IMG/VR virus record: IMGVR_UViG_3300037851_000519
Span: 1-25,735 of that record
Length of the DNA: 25,735 nucleotides
Source of the DNA: a virus
Lineage: Duplodnaviria > Caudoviricetes
Strand: one strand, 5' to 3'
A program made the translations under genes and the position numbers. Positions 7,990 to 19,900 of this stretch are shown here, piece after piece; position 1 is the stretch's first letter, and every line of letters starts with the position of its first letter. The notes under the pieces were generated by a model that saw nothing but the letters and a program-made list of their open reading frames with translations, ran no database searches and was not told the DNA's origin.

Positions 7990-10900
7990 GAATCCATTCC
8001 GCATTGGTCCAAGAAATCAAGAGACCTTGTGGGATGAGATTAAAAACGCATTCGAGTTTGAAACTTCTGGCGCCGGAAGGAATATCGATGACTACGAGAT
8101 CGAGCATCTATATGACTCGTTAGAAAGCTTTACGCGCGTACGAGTACTCAATAAGATTTCCGGAAAGTCGCAGACCATTGATCTTCGCAGAGTTGGCGAG
8201 CGCAACGAAGAAACCGCGGCGCTTCAAATTGTACATCACGGCGACGCAACTCAGGGTGGCGGTATTCTGCCACAGATTGAGGCCGCATCCGATTTCGGCT
8301 GGAACAATCTTGCGTATTCATATGTTTCGCCAACGAGGGTTTTGTCTCGCGCGTTAGCAGCCAGCCTGGAAAAACGTGCGCCATCGTTTTATAAGATACT
8401 TGGCGAGGGATCCGAAAGGTACGGCGTGGCGAGCCACAAAGCAGCCGGAGACGAATCGATAGTCGCCGGTGGTCTTATTGGCGCGCTGTCGTATTCCGGA
8501 CAATCGCAAATCAATATGCTATATGGATCTGTCAATATTCAGATACCAGGAAGCGTCGGCGGCGAAAGAGTTTTAGGCGATATCAGGCAGGAACAGCGAT
8601 ACTTGCAATCGCTTGGGGTCTCGATGGAAAGCGGTATGCTGCGCGATTTTGGGGGAGCTGGCTATCAAATTAGAACAACGAGCGCAGTACCGCGCGCCCA
8701 ACGTACGGTATATGATCCACTAGTTGAAACGGACGCGGCCGGGATTCCCAGGATAACTGGCCTGGCGCATGCCTACACAAAATCCGGCGAGCCACTTCCA
8801 GCAAAAGCCTACAAACACGGTCAGGCTGCATTCGGTCCAAATAGAGAGGTTGCAATGCCGATGATTGGGTGGACGCCGGCGCAACCAAGCCCATTTGAGT
8901 TTGAACTGAAGAAGAGTAGAGGTGTCACGCGTGCCGATTATCCCTTCTATTCTCAATTGCGTGGCAGGTTTGAGCAGTGGGAGCAGCAAGAGATAAGAGA
9001 CGATAGCGGAAATATTATTCAGGATGCTGCCCCATTGCATAACGTCAAAGTGGGACTTCAGCTATTCCCCAATGCCGTACCATTTGAGTCTGGTTCCCAA
9101 AAGTTCGATCCGACAATGCGTAATATCGATAGTTTCGCTATCCAGCAACCAAGATACATGAGATTGCCAGGAATACAGACGATTGACGATCTGACATCAA
9201 TCCAGAATCTATCAATTGATGCCGGCAGGGTTATTGGTGCAGGGCATGGGTCGGCAATCATCGGCCAGTTGAATGGTTCGGATATTCGCATGGCTCGGAG
9301 AGCGCGCGAGCAAATGGTTGTTGGCGGAAGTGCATCCCTTGTAATCCCGCCATACATGAATCTTAATCCCCAAGAGGGAGAATCCCCATTTCTCGGAACT
9401 GCGCCGGATGTACTTCCTAGTGGCTCTACAATTAAAAGCACAGAGGAACTGGCTAGAAATCTGAGCGAAAGACTTGGAATGCCGGTTTATCGCCGCGAAG
9501 TAGATGCTGTTGGTTTGCGATTTGAGACATTATCCAAAACACAAGCTGCACTCAAATTCGCGGGGCTCAAGACATCCGAGTCGCCGGTAATATCGGGTTT
9601 GCCTATTATGGCAACGATCGGTGGGGAAAAAGTTAGAGTATCGGATGTCGGCTCCGAGATCAAGACCGCTCCACTGATGGTGTCGCAATCATTTATGATG
9701 TTCCCGCAGAGGATGAAAGCAAATTGGGCCGGTTTGCTTGGGTCTGATGAATTCACAAATTGGGTATCACGGGCCCCAGAAAATACAACGATTGACGAAT
9801 ACGCGCGTCAGTATTCTGGGTTTTCTGGAAAACGAACGAGCTGGCTCGAGATGGTTGGACAAATGTATCGCGGCGTGCTCCAACAGCCTGAGGGTCTTGA
9901 TACTCTAAAAAAGTACGGATATACACCAGTCAAGACTCCTCAGTGGGTTAATTGGGATCTCATGAGCGAGGGAGAGGTCGCCATTCATCGCAATGCTATG
10001 CGAGAGCAGGGCTATACGCAAGAGCAAATAGATCAGCGATTACGTTTTACGCCAGATCCCAAAAGACAGGGGATGTACCAGGCATCATTTTTTATGCAAT
10101 CCGGTTTGCTCGGTTTTGGCGCGCAGGACTATGTACCCGAGCTAGAGGGCTGGGGCATCATGAATTATCGTCAGGTAGCGGCCATGAAAACTTATTTTCC
10201 GGAAGCGTTTTCGTCCATATTTGCTGGGCGCCTGGCCACAAACGAATTGAGCGCGCCAGATAAACAGGGATGGAACGAACTCCTTAGTTGGTACTCGTGG
10301 GATCGCGAGTCTGTTACCGGGGAATATCCGATATTCGCCGGAAAAGATGTATCCACGTTGATCACAAGAGAAACTGCCGGAAAACTCAATTTCCTTACTC
10401 GGCATCCTGACCAGATTACCGGATTGAGCGAAGAAGAGGCGGCCAGGATCGCAGAGGTTGGAGCTGGCGGCCTTACAGAGCTGGAGAGAATGACTCTCTA
10501 TGACAAGGCGATAAAAACTGCCGCGCCAGATTACAAATCCGGGAATATGCTTTATTACGAAAGCTCGAATTTATATATACCTGGCCCACGATCAATCAGA
10601 TCGATTGACGAATTCAACGAAGCTGGCGAGTCCACCGGATATGCCTCAAAGTCGTGGCTATCCATGTTTGGAAAAGCAAATGTTGCGTCTGGACAAGGAC
10701 AATCAAATATCGATGTTCAGAAATCGGCCTACAGATTTCGCAAGATGATGGATAATCGATTGTCGGGAAAGAATATTGCCAAAAATGTATTCGGCTATGA
10801 TGCGCCTGGAATGATCTTTGAGCGTTATATCGGCATGGGCGCGCTAAAACCGAATGAAGTATTTCTCGGTGAGGGTACACTTCGCAGATCCATAGAGTCT

Positions 10901-13900
10901 CTGCCCGGAATAACAAGCAGCGGCACGCGCCGAATGATGCACAGCCTAACTGGTGGCGTGTCGCCAGAAGTTTTATACATGGCATCAAAATTCGCAGAGC
11001 GCGAGGATGCTGTCGGCGGTTTATCTAAAGCTCTAATCGATAAATATCCCAATCTTTATACTGGCGCTTCTGGCGCTAAGGGATCTGCTCGTGTAACCTA
11101 CGAGGACAGAGCAAGGAAAGATGCAGCGCGTTTCCTGTCAAAACAAGCAGCGCTGGCGAACGCATATATTCCATCGTTTTCGTTTAGACAGCCTGATACC
11201 AGCAGAGGAAGCGTTCTCCCAACGAGAACGATTACTGCTCATCAGTTGGCGGCAAGGGGTATTGATCCGAAAACATTTGCTGGCGTGAATACTGGCATTT
11301 CATCCTGGTTTTCCGCGATGGGCGTGGGCGATTGGGACAGAGATCCAATGCAGACGTTCTTCTCTGTTACCAGGAGCGGGAATAAATATACGCAACACCT
11401 TTCCCCGGAAGCCGCGCAGTGGAACGAGGAACTCGATGCGATGACCGCGAATTTCGCGGGTCGTCTTGGTCTGAAAGAGGCTGATGTATTCTCCGCTATG
11501 GAGGGAATGTTCGGAGATAAGGCGAATGATCTAAATATTGTTAGCGCAACCCTGAAAGGGTACATGGACGCTCAGGCTGGCGGGGCCCCTGCATACGAGA
11601 AGGGTCTTGTAATGGAACGAAGGCCATACAGCGAATTTGGCGATCTAAATACCATGTGGGGATCACAAAAACGTGATATGGGCTCTGTGTACAATATTCA
11701 GCGGCTCATTGAGTCTGCGGCTGGCTCTGTGGCAGCGTTTACCGGAGAGAATGAAAAGACATTTGTCGAGAATGTGTTCGATCCGAACCAGGCTGAATAC
11801 CAGGCTGCGCTTGACTTCTCTCGATATGGCAAGAACAATCCCCTATTTACAATGCTGACAACTGCCCGGTTTTTCCGCGAAGGTGGCGGCCAAGCGCCTA
11901 ACGCAAAACTGAATTTCGGCTTTTATTTTGACGATCCAACTAAATCCGGCAACTTTATTTCCGCGATGTCGAGTGGCCAATCTGATCCGTCCAACTTGGT
12001 CAATGCCATGATCGGGGAATTGGCGATAGACAAAAATGGCAAGCACTATATGAGCAATAGTGCGCTTGCGTCCCTGTTTTCGCCAAATATGGACGCATTC
12101 AGTAGAAATGTCCAGGCATTGGACGAGTTCGACAGACTGAAAGCCGCAAATGACCCGATGGTGGCTGGAATGTCGCGCGCTGGTGTATTGCGTGGCGATT
12201 TTATCGGTAAGCACGATGTTCTCGGAAACGTGAGTGTTTCCGAACGATCGATCGCTCCAATGGCGATTATGGCGACTGGCGTTGGCAAATCCTTGACGAG
12301 CTCGCATGAAAAGTATGCGACAACGCAGGCCGTTGCCGATGACATGGATTTTGGGGTAAGCTGGATGGGGTCGACTCAAACAATGTCGCAGATATTCAAT
12401 TCGCCAGAGGTATATCTGACGAATATGATCAATCGGTATCAGCGCAAAGAAAATCTAAAAATCCCACAATCCGAGAAAATCATGGCCATCTCGGCCATGC
12501 GTACACTGGCTGGAAGGATGAGGGGGACTGGAAATAAAAACGAGCCACTTACCGATGATGCATTAGCAAAAATGCCTATTGCAGTTCAGGAACTTGCGCG
12601 TTCTTACCGCCAAGGCATGGGCGATCAGGATTGGCTACGATATACTCAGGGAACACAAAATATTGATCAGCTGCTTGGCGAAGAACTTGCGTCAATGCGC
12701 GTGAAAGTGGCCGGGGCGCTGATGACCGGAGAACTTGGTACACCGATGAATGTCCGAACATCCGAATTGTCCGGTTATATCAGGGGTGATGCCAGATACA
12801 AGAATAACCCGCTCAAGAAAATGCAGTTGTCCAGAATGGGATACAACCGCGAGACAATCGAGTCGATGTATCCATTCAGGGGCGATGAGGGAAAGGCGAG
12901 GTCCGGAAATGAATTCGAGAGCCAGTTCGCCGCGGCCGCTCGCCAACTAACACTAAAGTCGAAAGCACAAGGCGCGCCGGCGTGGGGAGGCGGCACACGT
13001 TTTGCGCACGTTGGTAGTGGGGCTGGCGCAAACGCTGGCGGATATCTCGAGATGCCTGCTGGTGGCTCGACATATCGCGGGTTTAGGATGTCGATATCTC
13101 CGGATATTATAGGTTGGGATCCAGATGCGAAAAGATTTTATTGGGGAGAGGCAAAATATTCGCGAAGCTCGGATTACGTTGAACAGGGCAAACTTCAAAA
13201 TGCCTTATACGTAGCTGGCGCCACAAGAATGGCAAACGATCCCGGCAATTTCGATGCTATGCAACAGGCATTCTACAAGTATCTATCTGATGATCCGGTG
13301 GAATGGGCAGAAATGCACCAGGCGATAGCGGGAGGGCAAAACGCTGCATTTGCGGTAACTCCAACCGACAGCAGGATAACAGCCAACGAAGAGACAAGAG
13401 GCAAATTGAATAGCCTCCTGGCGCAAAAGCAGGAAATGCTTGCCAAAAATAGTGGCGCAGATACGGCGGAAATTGACGAAAAAATCTCTGCTATTGCCGG
13501 GAACCTTGATCGATTCGATATTGGTGACTACAAAGTCAGTTTATTTGATTACCAGAAAGTGCTTTCGGAAAACCAGAAGGCCATTGATACATTCGCTGCG
13601 GAGTCCTCAGATCCGCAAATCTTCGCCAGGAAAGTAATTGAGAGTGGAGTTTTCAAAGACCTGCGAAGAAATCGCATTTCAGATCGCGGCCTTAGAGCGT
13701 GGGCATACGAAACGCTTGGCACAAAAGACCCGGACGCGCCAACTGCGTCGGGTGTCAATATCGCCGGGCGCAGATTATCCGATGCCGAGCGCGAACGTGG
13801 TACATCTACACTAAAGGGCGCTCTTGCGGGCTACAGGAGAGCGTCTGGAATCGCCGGCCAGGATCGTGGAAGCGATTATACTGGCGGCGCGGGTGGCCCA

Positions 13901-16900
13901 CCTCCGCCTGGGGCTGCTTATACTGATGACGACGAGCAGCCAGGAGACAGACCTCCGGGCTCCGGTAGCACTCCCGAGGACTGGCAAAAATATCTATCTG
14001 GGATTTCCGGCGCTATAGAGCGTGGAATAAATAGGGGAATGGCCGGCGCAAAGGTAAATGCAGTAATTGATTTTGGCGGTGGCAACAAGCGGCCTGGCGA
14101 CTGGAAAATGGCTCGGGCCTTGGGCGTTGCAACCAAACTCGGGAATATAGTTCGTGGAACTGACAACCTAATGACGCTGCCAACCAGAATCGGTGGTGCT
14201 TTGGAGCAGTCGGGCTTGCTTGGATCCACGAAATTTAGCGATTATCCTGGTCTAAGCCAGGCCATGACCGTTGCTCTTGCGGCAGACCGCAGGAGATTTG
14301 CAGATGTTCTTTCCCCGTTCAGAAAAGAACTCAAGATGGCAAGCGGGCTAATGGTAGAGGGATCACAGGCGCTTGTCGGACCCGGTACAATGCAATCCTA
14401 TGGGCTCGATCTCGAGGATCCGGTTATTTCGCAGATTGCTAAAGGTCTGTTCGGTAATCCAGAAGAAAAAGGCGAATTCGGCAGATTCTTGAGAGAATCC
14501 GTAGAGGCTCAGGCTGCATATGGCGCGTCTATTGCTACTCCTGCCGAAGCAAACAGAGCAGAAAGACAGAGAGCAATATCAGCAGCATTCGCAACCAGGA
14601 TGGATAAGGGGTCTCTTGCTCAAATGGCTTCCGGACTAGCGGGCGCATATGGGATTTCGCTTACCCCATCGCAGAGCAGAGCAGATGTAATTAATACACT
14701 GGCTGGGGCGATAAAGGGCGATCCCCAAGAATTTATAAACTATCTTTCCGCAACCCCATCGATGCACGATTATTTCGGTGATCTACGAGCCACCGCAAAA
14801 AAACTCGGGGGTGATTATAGCCAATTCACGGCCAATGCGTCTGCGGGACCACAATATGGCCCAGAATATGGTGCGTTTGCAGAGGCGTTAGCCGGCATAG
14901 ACGATACCGATTATGGAAAGATCAAATACGATTTTATGGCTGTGCAGGAGGATATGCTTGCCAGAAATAGATGGGCGCGACAGGTTGGAAGGACATCCGG
15001 AATATTCGCCGCTGGCGCGCGTGGATCGGCGACGAGTTTCGATGCTACATCGCGCCAGGCGGCTATAAGCTCTCTCGACGACGATATAGCCAAGATGCAA
15101 GAGCAAATGGAGAAACTTGCATCGGGACTCGATTCGGGTATAAGAGGAGTGACAAAGGATCTTGGGCTTGCAATCGCCGAATTAGGCAAAGTAACATCAG
15201 CATATCAAGCTGACGCGATGCCTTCCGACACAGCCGTATTGACAGCCGGTATTCTCACTGACATTATCGGTAAACACGGTTCAATAGCCGAGGCGAAATT
15301 CAAAAGAGCCGCGCTCGAGGCAAGGACTGGCCCTGCGCACGGCGACACCAGAGATGCGGCGAACGACTACTTCCTGGCAAATGCCGAGGCTCAGCAGGCT
15401 CGCGAGGCATACGCAAAGATACCATCGCACTATCCAATGTCCGCAAGGCAAAGAGCGGCAGAGCGACGTATGTCTACTGCGCTCGATGAGGGTATTGCTC
15501 ATACCAGACTATCAATGAGACTGGCGCGTACCGCGCTTGCTGGCGAATTGGGAGAGGGCGACGAAAGTATAATCCCCGAAAGCCCTGGGGCATTACAGGC
15601 TTATGCTGCAACAAAGACGGGTCTTAGCCGGGAACAGATTGCGGAATTCGCAAAATACAAGGCAACCGTTGATGCACACGATACCGCTAAATCAGCAAAG
15701 CTCGAATATGATACTTCCAGAGTGGCCGCTCCCTGGCAGGGCGAACAGAATAAGCAGGCGCTTACGAGATTAGGCGACTTCAACGATAAGATCAAACAGT
15801 TGGGAGACACGCTCGAACACGGCACTCGATATAGTGGACGCTTTGCCCGTGATATGGCAGAACTGACCGAGGCCATAGCGCGCGACGATCTGCGGGATGT
15901 TGTCAATAAGATCGGAAGGGCAACGGGTATTGATCCGACCGATAAGACACCTGAACAAATGCAAGACATAATTTCCGGGAGGATGAGTAGGCTTAGCGCG
16001 CGCATGAGTCGCCGATGGACGCCAGAACGACAATCCGAGTTTGATGCTCTTGAATCGTATCAGCGCCAACTTGGAGTAGAACAACAAAAATATGGATTGG
16101 CGCAAAACGCACTTCAGTATCAGTCGGAAGATTATGGCATGGGCGGCTTTTTCCGTCGAGCATTTGGCGGTTTTGGTTTATTATATATGCGCGGAATTGC
16201 CAGCAATATTTTCGGCGGATTGAGAACTGGACGCGAGGAACGGCTACAGCAAGAACAGCAAATATATTCGGCAATTGCGCCTGCATTTGGAGGTGTCGAG
16301 TATATCGCGCCAGAACAAAGAGCAGCTATGGCGCGCGGTCTCTATGGCGGATCGTTCTCGGCTTGGACGTCTAATATTAGCGCGAATATTATGCAAAGAT
16401 ATCCTGGCATGAATGCAGCGGCAAATGTTGCACAGGCTGGAATATTCGGTTTTGCTGGCGCTTCCTGGCTGGCATCTTTATCGCCTGCGTTGGCCGGTAT
16501 CGCTGGCGGCACTTTGCCGTTTGCTGGCGTTGCAGCCGGAATAGCCGCTGCGGGAACTTACGGGATGGGGATTTACAGCGCATATAGCGATGTTGAGGGT
16601 ACGGCCGTTGGTATGGCATCCAGATATTTGCCGACCGGGCTGACGGCCCAAGAGAGATATACGAGTGCGGCTAGGCAAGGAGGCGGTTTTGGTCCATATT
16701 GGTCTGAATTCGTAGTAGCTCCTCAGGGTATTGCGTGGCTCGGTAGTGATAGCCAAAGAGAAACCACTTCTAATATCGAGCAAATGATTGATATTATGCA
16801 GAAGGGTGGCGTTAGTCCCGCAGAGGCAGCACGAAAGGTACTCGGAATTGGAGCGCATCGCAACGAGATCGAAAAATATGTAATGATGTATACCAGAGCA

Positions 16901-19900
16901 ACGCGCATAAACAGCGAATCCGGAGTAGACATAGAGACCGCCGCCAAAGCGGTTGGATTGGGAGCCAAATACGGTATACCTGAATATTCGTGGCATCCAA
17001 CAGCGGCGAGTGGTCTATCAATACGAAGTGACGTATACGCTCCGCTCGGGGCTGCACTTCAAGCCGGAATCAATGTCGAGGGTCTAGCACTTGGCGTTGG
17101 CCAAGCTGCCGGATGGTCGCCTATTCAGTCTCAGGCAAATGTTTCAGCGATTGTCACAAACATGATGACGAGTTTCGGTGGAGTATTGGGGGCGCAAATG
17201 ACATCGGCGCAAGCTGATATTCTTCAAGCGGCTACACAGCGATACGCTCAACTTGGCCCGTATGCCGGAATGCCCGGATCGTCATCGGAAGAACAACTTG
17301 CTGCTCTAAGAAAGTTGCAACAATTTGGTGCTCTTGGCAGCAAGCAATGGGATATTTATCAAAGAGAATGGACTAAAAAGCAACAGGAGCATCTCGAATT
17401 TGGCAAAATAATGCCAACGGCAGACGAATTGCTTGACGAATTAAGCGGAAAACCTTGGTGGGCATCCGGGAGTGGAGCCGGCGAGGATATGGGCACAACT
17501 GCGTATACAGCACAGTTGCGTCAGTACGCGGAATGGGAAAGGAAATTCGGAGCCAAATCAAAGATAAAAGAGGTTCTTATCCAGGCGGGATTCGAGGGTG
17601 ACGATGCCCGCAGAATAGTTGGCGGTCTAGGCGAATTCACTCAGGGTAGAGCCCAGGATTTGTTACAACGATTGTCGGCTGTCGATAATATTCGGGAGTC
17701 GCTTGTTTCTGGACGATGGAAGTCGCAAGAAGAGGCGCGCGAGATAGCGAAAGGTATGCTCAGGGATACTCTCGAGGAGTACAGGCGCGATAGAGATAGA
17801 CCGAGCATGCAAGAAGAACAACGCGCACTTAGAACTCCCGACCAGTGGAATCCGCAGCAACTTGCCATTCAGGCCGCAGCTCTGCGCTTCGACCAGGGTG
17901 CGCTTGCGTATGCCAATGCTAACCAAATGAACTTGGCCGGTATGGGGCAAGTCCCATTCTATCTGGTTGGCCAGGAAGTTGGTCAGTTCGGGCCATTTCA
18001 GAATCGGGTGACTGGACAGCCATTGTTCTCTACAACAATGCAGTGGGGTCGGCCTGGTGGCACAACCGATCTTGGCGGGATCAAAGGCGCGCCAACTGGC
18101 CTTACGGCAGAACAAGTAGCGGCAATTCTTTACGGGACAAAGAACTGGCAGCAGCAAGGGCCGCTTGGCGGCAGATTGATCCAGGGAATGGTGCAAGGTG
18201 TAGACATTGGTATACAGGGAATTCCGCAAATTGGCGGTTTGATGGCTGCACAGTTTATGATGGCCCAGGCAAGCTATCAAAACCAAATGGCGTCCATTGG
18301 CAACTCGATGGCGCAACTGAATTTACAGTACGCGTTCCAGACCGGTGTTGGGCTTGATAAATACTCCGGTATCGTCAATCCGCAAACCGGAGTGCCGTTT
18401 GGGGTAAGCTCAAAGGGCTATGGATGGAATATACCTGGCATCGGCAGCTATAAAAGTACGGGGGGAGGCTTCTGGGGGCTCGAGGACGCAAGTCGGGCGC
18501 TTGGCTATGCCCAACAGGAATGGCAATTTGGGCAACAAGAAAAACAAATGCAAATGCAAGAGCGATTCTTCAACCAGAATATGGGATTGCAGACTCGTCA
18601 GGCGCAGATGCAACGCAACTGGACGCAACAGGATTGGGCATTCCAGTCTCAGGTACGTGGACTTGAGTGGCAGTGGAAACAAGAGGATTTTCAAGAAGAA
18701 GTCCGTTTCATGACCGGGCGCGAGCGAAAGAAGGCGGAACGCGGCATGGAGCGCGAGACCATCATGTATGGTCTCGAGGGCGAGCAAATTGATAAGCAGA
18801 AAAAGCGTCAGCAAGAGCTATGGAAGCTCGAGGATGAGCGGTTTACAATCCAGCGCCAGCAGCATCAAGAAACGATGCAGTTCCAGCGAGAGCAGCTTGC
18901 CACGCAAATAGCATTCTTCCAAGAGCGTAAAAAGATTGAGGATGAGCAGGTTAAGCTACAGCGCGCGCAGTGGACCGAGCAAATGAAACTTCAGCGCGAG
19001 GCCCTTGGTATTCAGGCTAAACAAGCAAAAGACCAGAAAGATTACCAGGATTTGCAACTTAAGATCCAGACTTTGCAAGTGGCAATAAATACTGGCATTG
19101 GCGACAGCCAGGTTCTTAGCGATGAATTATGGAAAACGATACAGAAATGGCTCAAGGATCTTGGTATTATGGCCGGGAATTTACCGACTGGCGGGGGCGG
19201 TGGCAGTGGCGGGTGTTTTATCGCTGGAACCCCGATCGCTACACCGGCCGGGAATGTTTTGATCGAGGATATATCAGTTGGCGATCAAGTATACAGCTAC
19301 GATGAGAACAATAGAGAAATAACTATTGGACTTGTTGATCATATACTTAGGTCGTCATCGAACAGTGTATACGATGTTAGTATCGGTGGTCAGACATTCC
19401 GGTGCACATGGAATCACCCCTGGCTAACAACGCGTGGATGGGTCAAGGCAAAATATCTGGCTCCTGGCGATACCGTACTCACCATGAACGGCTCTGATAT
19501 ATCCGAAACGGAAGTGGAAAGCTCGGTTAGCGTAGATGGGAGTTTCCCTATTTACAACTTTGAGGTTGCGGTTACCCACACATACTTTGCCGACCAGTAT
19601 GTCGTTCACAATATACAGCAAAAAACGTCTACGAGTGGTGGTGGCAGCGGGACCATTACTGCGCCACCGGGCAGTCCCGCCAGTGGCGGCATATTCAACG
19701 GGCGCGCGTTGTCATTCGCGTCCGGTGGTTTTACTGTCCCGCCTGGATACCCAAATGATCTGTTCCAGCTTTGGGCATCATCCGGAGAGCGCGTTACTGT
19801 TACCCCGAGATGGGCTAATGCAGCTGTATCTACAAAGGAATTACAAAATCCGTGGAATAGTTCGTTGATGCTAAACAACAATGGCGTAGGTGGGGGCAAC

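Noticed and set aside
12752-13210. Cas4 / CRISPR association of the nuclease domain
   Set aside because: No Fe-S cysteine cluster, no other cas genes and no repeat-spacer array seen in the window.
19214-19612. Mobile intein with homing endonuclease
   Set aside because: Only 133 aa, no LAGLIDADG/HNH motifs, and the +1 residue is Ile.
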